DNA of 47,228 nt, taken from positions 482,008 to 529,235 of the forward strand of contig MU006103.1 of the NCBI GenBank assembly GCA_010093705.1, in the 5' to 3' direction. Numbering within the stretch: position 1 is the first letter of the stretch; every line of letters begins with the position of its first letter. A program made the translations under genes and the position numbers. This DNA is from Patellaria atrata CBS 101060. Lineage: Eukaryota. Positions 36,479 to 47,228 of this stretch are shown here, piece after piece. The notes under the pieces are model-generated. The model saw only the letters and a program-made list of their open reading frames with translations, was not told the DNA's origin and searched no databases.

Positions 36479-37759
36479 ATGGCCGGGGAAATAAGACAGC
36501 CTATCGATGTCGCCTCCCTGGAGCGATATATAGATCAAAATGTCCCTGATATCTCGACTCCGATCGAATTGAAGCAGGTAAAAGAAAGGCTCCATATACC
36601 AGACCGCAAAAGCGACAGATACTGATCCACCGCCTTAGTTTGGGTATGGACAGTCCAATCCCACGTATCAGATCAAAGACAGGAATGGCAAAAAGTTTGT
36701 TATGCGGAAGAAACCCCCAGGGAAGCTGTTATCTAAAACCGCGCACCAAGTCGATCGGGAATATAAGATTCTCCATGCTTTGCAGAAGACTGACGTACCA
36801 GTCCCCAAGGTTTACTGCCTTTGCCAAGATACGAGCGTGATAGAGACGGACTTCTATATCATGGAGTTTCTGGACGGCAGGATATTCGAAGACCCCGCAT
36901 TACCTGGCGTGACTCCTGCAGAGAGGACGGCAATGTGAGACTCTGTCAAACAAAGAGTGAGGAGGAAAGTGTTAATAATATATGTATAGGTGGCACGACG
37001 CAATTCGGGTATTAGCCAAATTCCATAGAGTTGTTCCTAAGGAAGTCGACTTAGAGAACTTCGGCAGACATTCAGGATTCTACAATAGGCAGCTGAAGAC
37101 CTTTGCGACTCTCTCCGCCGCACAAGCGGAAACAAAAGATGTAGACACAGGTGAGGCAGTGGGTTCCATACCCCATTATGATGAAATGGTTGCTTTTTTC
37201 AAGGATCCAAAAACACAGCCAAAGGATCGCAGCACCTTTGTTCATGGTGACTATAAGATAGATAACGTCGTCTTCCACAAGACAGAGCCAAGGGTACTTG
37301 GCGTATTAGAGTAAGTCCCTTGCCTTAATACTCTAAGGTGAATTGGTGCTAATCAAGATTAGTTGGGAAATGGCAACGATAGGACATCCACTTTCAGATC
37401 TTGCGAACTTGCTCACTCCACATCTGACCGCAACTCATCCCATAGCACTCAGGATAGGACGTGGAAATACAGCTTTCAAGCCAGGGGCTACCGAAGGTTT
37501 ACCATCGCGGGAGTCGTTGATTGAGCTGTACGCGAAAGAAGCTGGTTGGGATCCAAACCCTGACATAACCTGGGGCGATGCGTTCGGAATCTATAGAGGG
37601 GCGATTATCATGCAGGGAATAGCTGCGAGATACGCAACTAGGCAAGCGAGTAGCGCGAAAGCAATGGATTATGGTTCCCAAATGAGGCCATATGGTAATA
37701 TTGCTTGGGACTTAGTTCAACAACAGATATCGAAGCAGGGTGGAAAGGCTAAACTATAA
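36479..37759 (+). CDS. APH-family phosphotransferase (ACAD10/11 kinase-domain-like), 4 exons
   Basis: [10 protein letters not shown]...[64 protein letters not shown]. The C-terminal AKL is a PTS1-like peroxisomal signal. Confidence 0.9.
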
Positions 37760-38064
37760 TGATATCTGTACTGAATAAAATCATATCTGGTTTTGAGGTT
37801 CAAATAATAGTGACTGTGAAGCGTGATATTGCTTTTATATTGCAAGACATCTTCCATCCGCAACTGAGGTATGGACCCAGCTCAATCGATAGATGCATCG
37901 TGCTATATGCCACTCAATAGAAGGAGTTACATAAAGTAAGGGTTATATCGCTTCTTGTCGAGCGCTATTAGTTTGCGCAGCTTCGCGCAAAGCTGACATA
38001 ATGAAGAGCCACTGCCCTGGTATTGCAATCACTCCGTATTCTTTCATTTTGTAGTAATAGAATC

Positions 38065-38605
38065 TTATCGATTCCTATCATCGCCTCCAATGCGTTCGAG
38101 AGCCTATGCTATGTTAGCTCTAATGGGCCATAGATCCACGCGGTATACACATACCTCTAGCATAACGACGGAGTTTCCTCGAATAACCTGAAAATTTGGT
38201 CAGCTTTCACACCACATAATTAAGAGATTACGCGGGGTAAGCTTACCACCATGCCTATCCTAACCTTCTCTCCTCCAGCTTTTTCTTCTACAGCATCATC
38301 AAGTACAATGTTCAGGAAGACCTAATACGATACCCTCGTGTTAGCTTTACTATTTCGTGCCCTGTTGATCGCTTACCCAGAGCTTCCTCCCGTATTGGGG
38401 AATATCATAGTATGCTTACATCGTAACCGCGTAGAACACCGATAACCTTGCGGCTCCCATTGAGCTGAACGAATAGTCGCTTGTCGAGGTACTGTGATGA
38501 AGGATATTAGCTGGGTTTACACACCGTCGCACGAGATCGATCAACATATTGTGCACATGGGGAAGACTCAGGTACCTTTTTTAGCTCTGGTTGAGCTTGA
38601 GGCAT
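38065..38605 (-). CDS. SMX2: Small nuclear ribonucleoprotein SmG; exons 38605-38576, 38491-38420, 38321-38247, 38187-38155, 38103-38065 (absent from the ORF track)
   Basis: MPQAQPELKK|YLDKRLFVQLNGSRKVIGVLRGYD|VFLNIVLDDAVEEKAGGEKVRIGMV|VIRGNSVVMLE|ALERIGGDDRNR*, with all introns GT-AG phase 0. Confidence 0.95.
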
Positions 38606-38844
38606 GTTGGATGTTGCGGATTCTCAAATGAAGAGATTACCTAGGAGGAAATATTGTAGAGTGAAGAGGCTCTAGAGCTCAAGGTCGTGATGCGCGCAGA
38701 GGGAAGGTTTTGCCGAGCGGATTTTTAATATTCCATCTGCGGTAGACTCCCTCACATATTCCTCCCCTCTCAGCTCAAGATTCAGATCAACTAGAAATTG
38801 TCGAGACCACTGTGTGCATTACTTCCCTCGTTCTTAGCTTCACT

Positions 38845-40135
38845 ATGAAAAAATCATTCGCAGCTCGTCGTCTCCCCCGTAAAGTGGGCATGGAGGAGGA
38901 TGAAGATGAACCACAAGGTTAGTTGATATTAAATGCTCATACCATATCCCAACTCTGACATCTGTATAGTTCCAGAAGGCTGATATCTCTGTATAGGACC
39001 TATTGTCAAACGGCCTCCTCTCGCCTCCAAGAACAAGAAGACATCAAAATCTCGTTTGTCATTCGGTCCTGGCACGTCCAACGATGAGCCTGGAGCTGAG
39101 GATGGCGATGTATTCGTGCCTAAGAAGTCCAATCTTAGCAGGGTAGCTATAGAGAAGAATGCGGAGCGGAAGGGGCTCCGACCATCGGTCTCATCTGAAC
39201 AAATCAATTTCCGTACAGGTTTATCGGAAGACAGACCTAGTTATAGTAAGGATTCGCTCGCGGAATTAAAGAGCTCAACATACTCTACGCCTAGAAATGT
39301 TTCAAGTGACGAAGAGACTCAAAAGCCGGAGATCGATATTGCTGCAAAATTCGGCGCTCTCGCTCGTATCACATCTGACTCTGCTATTCCAACCGAGGCA
39401 GAAATCCGCGAGAAGAAAGAGCGAAGAGCGAGGTTAGCAAAAGAGCAACAATATTTATCTCTAGACACCGGATCAGATGACGATGAGAGGAACGAAATCT
39501 CTTTCCGACCCAAGGAAAAATGGGGTGAAAGTCGCCTCGTCCTAGATGATGAAGACATCGCAGAAGGCTTCGATGACTTTACTGAGGATGGGAAGATCTC
39601 ACTTGGGCGAAAAGCAGAGAAAGAGCAAACGCGACGACGTAGGGCGGAAATGGCGGATCTAATTGCTGATGCTGAGAAGGACTCAAGCGAGGAATCAGAT
39701 GATTCAGAAGCTGAACGAAACGCGGCATATGAAGCTGCGCAGACGAGAGCCGGCACGTACGGGACGCGGCCGCAGGATGAAGATCTGAAGCGTCCGAAAA
39801 CCCCGCCTAAGATCACCCCAATACCTGAATTAAAATCTGTTCTGGAAAGGTTACGGGCTTCCCTGAGAGTAATGGAAGAGCTAAAAGCGGTAAAGGTTCG
39901 CAAACTGGAAGAGCTGAGAACTGAGAAGAATGAAATATCAGAACGGGAAGTGTGGATCCAGAATCAGTTGAAAGAAACCGCGGAAAGATATGAGCGGCTG
40001 AGGGTTGAAGCTGGTATTGGTAGAGGAACTTTACATGGCATCGGATCCGATGCCGATGGAAAGATCACCGTGAACCGAGGACTGGAGAGCTTTGGCACTA
40101 CTCCAGCTGTGAACAGTGATGTTAGCGATGGATGA
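38845..40135 (+). CDS. NTR2 / nineteen-complex-related protein 2 domain protein (spliceosome disassembly); intron 38918-38996
   Basis: MKKSFAARRLPRKVG..., SRLSFG, RPSYSKDSLAELKSST, IPTEAEIREKKERRARLA, EGFDDFTEDGKISLG, AAYEAAQTRAG, RGLESFG. Confidence 0.78.
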
Positions 40136-41403
40136 GAATTTCGACCCGATATATTAGTGTCGTTTTTGGATACATGATCATACTTGCCATTCCGAAATAG
40201 GCCCTTATCCGGGTTATAAAGCGAGATCAAGTTATAAAAGCGATTTAATAGTCCACAGCAAGCCGTTGAGTTCGCACACTTAGACGTCTTGTTTTCGTAC
40301 CTTCGGCTGAACTCTGTTAAGGTTCTTCTAAGATGCTGGACGATTGTTATTCACTCTTGCACTCGAACGACTCATTTAGCGCAGTTGGGATATATCTCAA
40401 CCCCTCTTCCACGCCTCTCTACCATCTAGACCGAATATCTGTTTCTATATTTGGTATAGGAATTGAAGGAGCAGTAAGGGTAGCACGAGAGGCGTTCAGA
40501 GTGGATGAAACCTAGAAATGTACATGGCTTCTCCCCTCAGGTACTACTCCATAGTCACTCGGTACCTAGCGTAGAGGCAGATGTAAGATACGCCACCCTT
40601 TCCAGTCCAACAAGCCATATAAAACCTTCTGCATAATTTTCTATACGAGGGAATTGAGTCCAGATACATCTTGTATTCTAAAGATAGTTTCAGGGCGCCA
40701 GATTAGTTTGCGCATTCGACACCTGTTTCTGGCTTTCATCTTGATCTAGTCTTTTCCGCAGTTTTTCTTTTCCTTTTAGAAAGAATTGATATATGTTTTC
40801 TGCTTGCTATTTTGTGGCTTGACTTTCTAACCAGCTTTCTTACCTGCTTTTAGACTATCTTTCTGACGACAAGCTATTTCACTCATGGGTCCAGAAATCA
40901 ATAAATCAGTCCGGATTCTTTACTTCTGATAGCATGAAGGATACGTTGACGCAGACGATATTTACTATGAGTGTGATCATCTGCAGTTACTCCCTAGAGC
41001 CAATAACGTACCGTAGATTTAGAATTGATGAATCGTACTCAAGCACCTCTAAGAACTATACAAATTTAGCTTCTTGTATGTCTTTACTCTAATAATAGCT
41101 AGTTGTGAATAAAGAAGTCTCTATTTGGCCTGCTTACCAAAATTACCGACCATCCCATTGTACCAAACTCTCAAAATCTATTTTAGTCACGCTTTGCTCT
41201 TGTTATTAGTTTAATGAATCAACTAACAATGACTCTTTGACTTGGGATTTGCCCTTCAAAGCAACATCCTTTCCCTCTCACTTTCTTTTTCTCTTTCCTC
41301 ACACCTGATTGTTCTCAAAACCTGACCACGTTCCTCATTCCACCTGAACATCATTTTCACGACTTTACTACGCCGGTCGTAGTGCATCAATAACAGCAAC
41401 GCT

Positions 41404-42120
41404 ATGGAACACTCTCAGTCGGCTTCTGATCTTTATGATATTAACTCACCTACAACACCAAAACCTACTTCTACGGCCATGGACATCGATCGTCCGCCTA
41501 TGTCTCCAATAACACCCATAACTCCCAACCCTTCAGACCTAGTGAGTAGTCTTGGATCCGGCATATCAAGAGCATCCACCAGCACAGCTCCTTTAACCGC
41601 ATCACTACCACCGTGGCGTAAGCAAACCTCGAATAATCCTGCACATCCTAGCCGAATCCTGAAACGCCACACCAAAGCATTCACCGACAAAATCGCCAAA
41701 CTCCGTCTGCGCCTCGCACCCATCCACCCTCTCCCCACCGGCCCCCCTCATCCAGCATTCCCCGCCACATATCTCCATTTTTACCTTCTCACCGAGGATG
41801 AACTCGACAGCATGGCGCGGTACTACTCCCAAGTCTCTCCCGACGCATACACGTTCATGTATCCCGAGTGTATGCGCTGGGATAAGGCGTTCCTGTCACC
41901 GAGTAATGAGAAGTCCGAAGGAGGCGCTAACGGAGAGGAATATTGGAGACTTACCAAGAGCCAGAGGTTATGGATTAAGCGGAGGAAGTTTGGCAAGTTT
42001 ATCGGTTTGAGGGGTTGTGAAACGCCGGTGGAGGAGATAAAGATGAGGGTTAGGATGTTGGAGGTTAAGGCTAGGAGGGATGTAGAGATGGCGGTTGGGA
42101 GGGGTGCGAAATGGATGTGA
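41404..42120 (+). CDS. Conserved fungal hypothetical protein (238 aa)
   Basis: Intact ATG ORF with coding-like composition and a motif-like core HPAFPATYLHFYLLTEDELDSMARYY...KRRKFGKFIGLRGCETP. No function can be assigned. Confidence 0.7.
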   Translation: MEHSQSASDLYDINSPTTPKPTSTAMDIDRPPMSPITPITPNPSDLVSSLGSGISRASTSTAPLTASLPPWRKQTSNNPAHPSRILKRHTKAFTDKIAKLRLRLAPIHPLPTGPPHPAFPATYLHFYLLTEDELDSMARYYSQVSPDAYTFMYPECMRWDKAFLSPSNEKSEGGANGEEYWRLTKSQRLWIKRRKFGKFIGLRGCETPVEEIKMRVRMLEVKARRDVEMAVGRGAKWM

Positions 42121-42923
42121 TCCCGTTCTGTTTTTGGTATTGGTGAGGGGACTGAGACTTGGTTTTGGGTCAATTTGAAAGGGAAAGACGTTGATATGAT
42201 TTGGTAATTTGTTTCTGGCTTTCTTCACTCATTCCTAACATAGCGTCGCATAGCGTTGCATGGGCAGTTAATACATAATGTGGTTTCTCTTTATTCTCAG
42301 CAATATTTTCTTTGCCATGAAGTATGGATGGAATCGTATGCTTGATACCCTACGGGAACATATTAGTACACTTCCATTATGACAGTACTGCGTTAGTGTA
42401 CCCTTCTGGAATATAGATCAATCAACATCCATCGCTCCCCGTATTTCATACCTATGTACAGTCCCTCGTTGTTAATACTGCACGAGGGGTACGGTAGTTC
42501 TGTCCGGTGAAAGACAGTCCCTCTGGACGGATCAGCCTACTTAGAAGACAGTTTCAGGGTATCGTATGCTGGTGCTTAAAGAATTGCTTTCGATTTATCT
42601 TGGAGACGTGAGATTAGAAGCGAAATTGGAACTTGTTGTACATATTATTGGAACACTACAACAAGCGTACAATAGACTGTGGAATACCTATAAGGAGCCA
42701 AAGAGGGTGATATTACCCCAGTGTTCCAAATGGAAGCAGCGAGATAAGACCTTGGACTAGATTTCTAAGATTGCTGTCTCAATATTCAAATGCATTAACA
42801 CCTATCCTATGCATGGTTATCTCAAGAAAGTTTTAGCCCCAACAGGACCCTTGAAATGAGCTCCAAATACCAGAACGCCATGCTGTGCCACCTAAATCAA
42901 CCTGTTCTACTCACAAACCAAGG

Positions 42924-44099
42924 CTATAGAACATCCTCCATCTTCTCGTCGTCATCATCATCATCATTCAAGTCAGTCTCATCTCCTTCAGGGGCTACCA
43001 TACCCTCTAGACTCATGTTAGCAATCTTCTGGTTCTGCTCATCGAGCGTCCAGCGCCCATTGAATGGACCGGATTTGATCAAAATCGCCATTTTCTGCAA
43101 AGTTTCCTTGAGATATGCCTCAGGCTGACGGGTTTCCTGCTTGAGCGCTTTAAGTGACCAATATTTGAACTTTCCGGTAAAGCATCGCTGTAGCATGTCC
43201 AGGAGCTCGTTTTCTGGAATGCGAGCGGCTTTGTTCTCTTGTGGACGTGCTTTGCCGCCAGTTTGAGATTTCTGGGATGAGGTTATCAGTTTTATTGAAA
43301 TTGGAGCGGGGAAAGCTCCTTACATTGAAAACATTGTAGTAGGTATCATTGATAGGCCTGTTTTCTTTCGTCATCTTATAGCGATCATCTTCAGTAGGCA
43401 AAGGCTCTTTACGCTGAAGTAGTTTCCGTGTGCGTTCGACGCTCCATGCGTTATAAGCTTCGTTTTCGACAGGTTGACAGGATATTTCATGGATAGTCCT
43501 TGCGGCTAGAGCGGTTTGTTCTGCGATAATCAATTCCTGAGCCCACAAAGCAATGCTAATACTGCTGGAGACATACTAGGTATGGATCGTCTGTATCTGC
43601 TTCGTGGTTTCTGAACTCTATTCACTCCTGCAATGCCACCCTGAGTTGTAGAGGCATTACCGGAGCCATAGTTCTGTTTGCCCCGCCCGAAGACATTCGG
43701 ATTATAGCCCGCTCTATCCTTTTCCGAGAAAACGAAGGAATTGTATGAAGCCTTGTTGGTCACCTTGAAGTTGTAGTCCTTCGGAACATTTTCTTGCTGA
43801 ACATATTTATCGTCGAGGATGAATTTCATCTCCTGATCACCATTTGGCGACGGACCGTAGACTCTTATATGACCAATTTGTATCTCTTCATCATCTCCAA
43901 TCTTTGACATGAACTCCCATAGATATTGAGGTAGTCGTGCCAGCCAGGTTTGTGGAAGATCGTTCGGAATATTCAGCTCGCCCGTGTCTTCGTCCTCGTC
44001 CTCGTCGTCTGCAAAGGCATGTGGGGATTGTAAGTCTGGATCCAGCTTAACCGACGCTCCCTCCTCCATCTTTACTCCATTAATGGGTGTTGCCGCCAT
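42924..44099 (-). CDS. TFG2: Transcription initiation factor TFIIF beta subunit; introns 43576-43521 and 43323-43272
   Basis: WLARLPQYLWE, IQIGHIRV, VPKDYN, RRSIPKQTAL, AARIPENELLDML, YWSLKALKQETRQPEAYLKETL. Confidence 0.93.
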
Positions 44100-44471
44100 G
44101 CTGTGAAGTAGCCAAATGAATGGCAACGCAGCAAGCGGGAGTTGAGAACCGCTGGGTTTTATACCTCTCTAGAAGGCAAGACTTCGAGACGTAGATTTGT
44201 GCGCTAGCGACTGACTTCTGGAAAACAAAAATGATCAAAGAATGCGATTGCAGAGTGTGTTAGTTCCGGGTGACAATGAAGGTTGGCCGCATAAAGGCAT
44301 AAAAAGCTGCATCCGTCAGGCCATGTCGCCAAGCGCTTGACGTTAGTTTATGCTTATCGATAACTTTAATACCTAAAGCTATTTACCGCGGTAGCATTCC
44401 GGCGAGGCATCAGCTCTCGATAGCTCCTCCATCCCCTTCATATCTATCTACACTTCGAAACACATATAACA

Positions 44472-45774
44472 ATGGCATCACCAGAAGTACTTGAAGCTAT
44501 ACAACAATTAGAATCTTCATTCTCGCCAGATAAACCGTCAGCTTACAATGAGCTCCTCAGTCACATACTGTCGAGCTCCGCTCCAGATAAGCTAACGCCA
44601 AATATCATAGCATATCTTGAGTCGCTGTTGGGCAATTCACTAGGGATAATAGCATCCCGTCCACTCCTTTCATCGTTTGTACAACAATTTCGAAACGTTA
44701 GCAATCCAGACGTAAAGATCGAAGTCGGCCAACGAGCCCTTGAACTACTACATCCCAAAGTTGTCTCCTACGAGGAACAAGACACGGGCATAAAAGAGAT
44801 TCTCGCAGATGCTTATGAAGAGCAAGAAGATTATACCGCTTCTGCAAAGATCTTACAGACCGTCACACTTGACTCTTCCCAACGCGCTGTCTCAGATGAC
44901 GATAAAGCCAGAGTATGGATCCGCATCGTACGCTGTTATCTTGAGGAAGATGACCCAACAAGTGCAACTGGTTGGCTCAATCGTGTCAAAAACGTACTCT
45001 ATGGCGTGACAAATAAAGAAGTCAAGCTCCAATTTCAGCTCTCTCAAGCCCGCATCCTCGACTCCCAGCGTAGCTTCCTCGACGCAAGCACCGCATATCA
45101 TAACCTCAGCTTTGAAACAATAGTAGACGAGGAGGAGCGCCTGCAAGCCCTGTCTGCTGCAATCATCTGCGCCGTACTCGCACCCGCAGGCCCACAACGG
45201 GCGAGAACGCTCGCAAAGCTGTACAAGGATGACCGGGCGCCGCAGGTTGAGGAGTTTGGTATCCTCGAAAAGATTTTCCTTGACAGGTTACTCTCGCAGC
45301 AGGAAGTTAAGGCGTTTGCGGAGAAGTTGCGGCCGCACCAGCTTGCCAAGACATCAGATGGAAGCACGGTACTAGACAAAGCGGTCTTGGAGCACAATCT
45401 GCTGGGTACATCACGTCTTTATTCCAACATCGGCTTTGACCAGTTGGGCGAGCTATTGGGTGTTGACGCCGATCGAGCGGAAGGATATGCGGCACATATG
45501 ATTGAACAAGGCAGGTTGGCAGGTCGTATCGATCAAATTGATAGGTTGATTTTCTTTGAGGGTGAAGGAAGTGGAGAGAAGAATGTCGGGCACACAGGGA
45601 GTGTTCTAGGGAAAGAATTGAGGAAGTGGGATGCGAATGTACAAGGGTTGGCTGAGGAAGTCGAGAAGGTTACAACGATGATTCAGAATCAATATCCAGT
45701 AAGTACAAAATCAGTGGGCATTTGGCAAGGCTAACATGCCGTAGGAATTTTATGCGGCCAATATGGTGCACTAA
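44472..45774 (+). CDS. CSN4: COP9 signalosome subunit 4; intron 45699-45744
   Basis: RIVRCYLEEDD, CAVLAPAGPQRARTLAKLYKDDR, LRPHQLAKTSDGSTVLDKAVLEHNLL, PCI domain with GRIDQID. Confidence 0.96.
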
Positions 45775-46051
45775 GGCGCAAATACTGGGTGGTGACTTAA
45801 AGACAAGTCTTTCATCATAGCGACCGGCGTTCAAATAGGGTGAGCATAGCCTCGAATGACACAATACGGTAACAAGATATCAAAATGATAACAGTTTCGG
45901 TGCCTGTCATCAACAACTTATGAGATTAGTACTATACAATTCCTATACATAATCTCCACCATATCCGCGTGCTAAGCTTTGATATGGAAAGAAATCCCTA
46001 GTTGATCGGTCAGAGACCGCCGACCTATATGTTCTGTTGAAATAATTTCCC

Positions 46052-46954
46052 TTATTCCTTTCTCTCCTCAACTAATATGACTCCCTCTAAATTCTCTTCC
46101 TTCTCAATCTCCTTCACGCTCTTCACCAGAATCTCCTGTACCCTCAACACTGTATAGCGATGCTTACTTCGTACAGTTTTGACCCTTCGCTGCCTCCTCT
46201 TTGTCTTCTCCTTGATCCTCATAGGCTCGCTCTCCGTACCCATCACGACTGCCCGACACTCAAAAAGCCTCTCATCTAAATAACCTATCTTCATCTTTCC
46301 CGTCGGCGTACCCACTAACGAAATACCCTCTACCGCTCCTGCGCGGAGGGTATAATCTCGAGATCCCAGTACGGAGGCTCGGTTCAGCCGCAGAATATCA
46401 CCGGGTGCAACTCCATGCATCAGGAAGGGTAGTGTAATGATGTCGCCTGCGGTGAGAAGGTAGGGCCGAGCATAGATGTGAGCGGTAATATAGTGCGGTG
46501 TTTGGGCCTTGAGGAGTGGAAGTAGTTCGCGAACGGAGCCTGAGAGAGGTGTTGTTGGTATTGATGGAGTCGATGAGGTTGGCGAAGGGATTTTTGGCGT
46601 GACGTGTACTCCTGTGTTTGCAGTATTTAAGCTGGAATCCCTCTTTGTATGGGATTCGGGCGGCTTGGGGTTGCGAGGTACTGCGGATGAGAAGTTTTTG
46701 GGTGACAAAGGTATTCGCCTTGATGTTTCGAGTTCTGAGACATCTCTCTTGGTAGATGGGCCCGATGAGTCTCTAATCGAATCGACAGTTGGAGCAGATG
46801 TTTGGGTGGTTACAGAAGCTGGAACTGAGGAACTATCAACTGGTTGTGACACAGTAGAGAGACGAGCTCTGAACGGTAGGAGGAAAGCCGGCGGTAGGTT
46901 AGAAGAAGATTCAAGAACACAGTGCGCTGAACGTCGTATTGGATTTGCAAGCAT
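46052..46954 (-). CDS. MRPL49: Mitochondrial ribosomal protein bL21m
   Basis: Presequence-like N-terminus, then HYITAHIYARPYLLTAGD, LGSRDYTL, EKTKRRQRRVKTVRSKHRYTVLRV. Confidence 0.88.
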   Translation of the reverse strand: MLANPIRRSAHCVLESSSNLPPAFLLPFRARLSTVSQPVDSSSVPASVTTQTSAPTVDSIRDSSGPSTKRDVSELETSRRIPLSPKNFSSAVPRNPKPPESHTKRDSSLNTANTGVHVTPKIPSPTSSTPSIPTTPLSGSVRELLPLLKAQTPHYITAHIYARPYLLTAGDIITLPFLMHGVAPGDILRLNRASVLGSRDYTLRAGAVEGISLVGTPTGKMKIGYLDERLFECRAVVMGTESEPMRIKEKTKRRQRRVKTVRSKHRYTVLRVQEILVKSVKEIEKEENLEGVILVEERKE

Positions 46955-47228
46955 TGTGATGGTATAGGCCTCAATCGATGTAAGTTAACCAGAAACCACA
47001 AGCTCTCTACAGGAGAAATCCCCAAAGTCGCGTTCCAGGTTTATCCGAGCCGAAGAACAAAGGTCCGAGCGCATTGCCAAGGTTCGTGCACAGTGTGGCC
47101 AATAATACTTTAGTATTAGATACTATCGAATACGGATTAGTATTGTATCGGATCGATATCGATAAATACCTTAATAATACCTTAACAATACTTCGCTTAA
47201 TATAGCGAAACCCACAATTTAATAGAAT

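Noticed and set aside
37972..37991. TTTGCGC/GCGCAAA hairpin between convergent genes
   Set aside because: A 7-bp stem is expected by chance in 47 kb, and intrinsic terminator hairpins do not apply to Pol II genes.

Overview
Gene-dense eukaryotic DNA from a filamentous ascomycete (Pezizomycotina; species not determinable from this window). The evidence is short GT-AG introns with CTRAC-type branch points and fungal housekeeping orthologues. I reconstructed 21 protein-coding genes by hand-splicing: a membrane-anchored bZIP factor, a Sel1-repeat (Nif1/Dsf2-like) protein, a CCCH zinc-finger (ZC3H3/Red5-like) protein, NOC4, ATP4, an intronless HxxxDG acyltransferase-fold protein, VPS10/PEP1, a DEP1/Sds3-like protein, NOP12, a TAP-like alpha/beta-hydrolase peptidase, DUT1, pyridoxal kinase (BUD16), PCNA, a CLIP-170-like CAP-Gly protein, an APH/ACAD10-like phosphotransferase, SmG, an NTR2-like protein, a conserved hypothetical protein, TFG2, CSN4 and mitochondrial bL21. 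I found no transposase, CRISPR array, rRNA or intact tRNA, and no demonstrable novel multi-gene system. The best leads are all hypotheses. (1) A 1.1-kb intron in the Sel1 gene contains nested RNA stems and a possible alternative last exon. (2) The NTR2-like gene has a duplicated branch-point/acceptor, and the proximal copy introduces a stop codon. (3) The bZIP has ATF6/OASIS-like topology with RRHL and RSLL motifs. (4) A tRNA-like head followed by a G-tract and a T-rich tandem tail may be a SINE. (5) DUT1, BUD16 and PCNA are adjacent and carry MCB/SCB boxes. (6) The PCNA start codon is split by an intron. Gene names come from motif recognition, not database searches.
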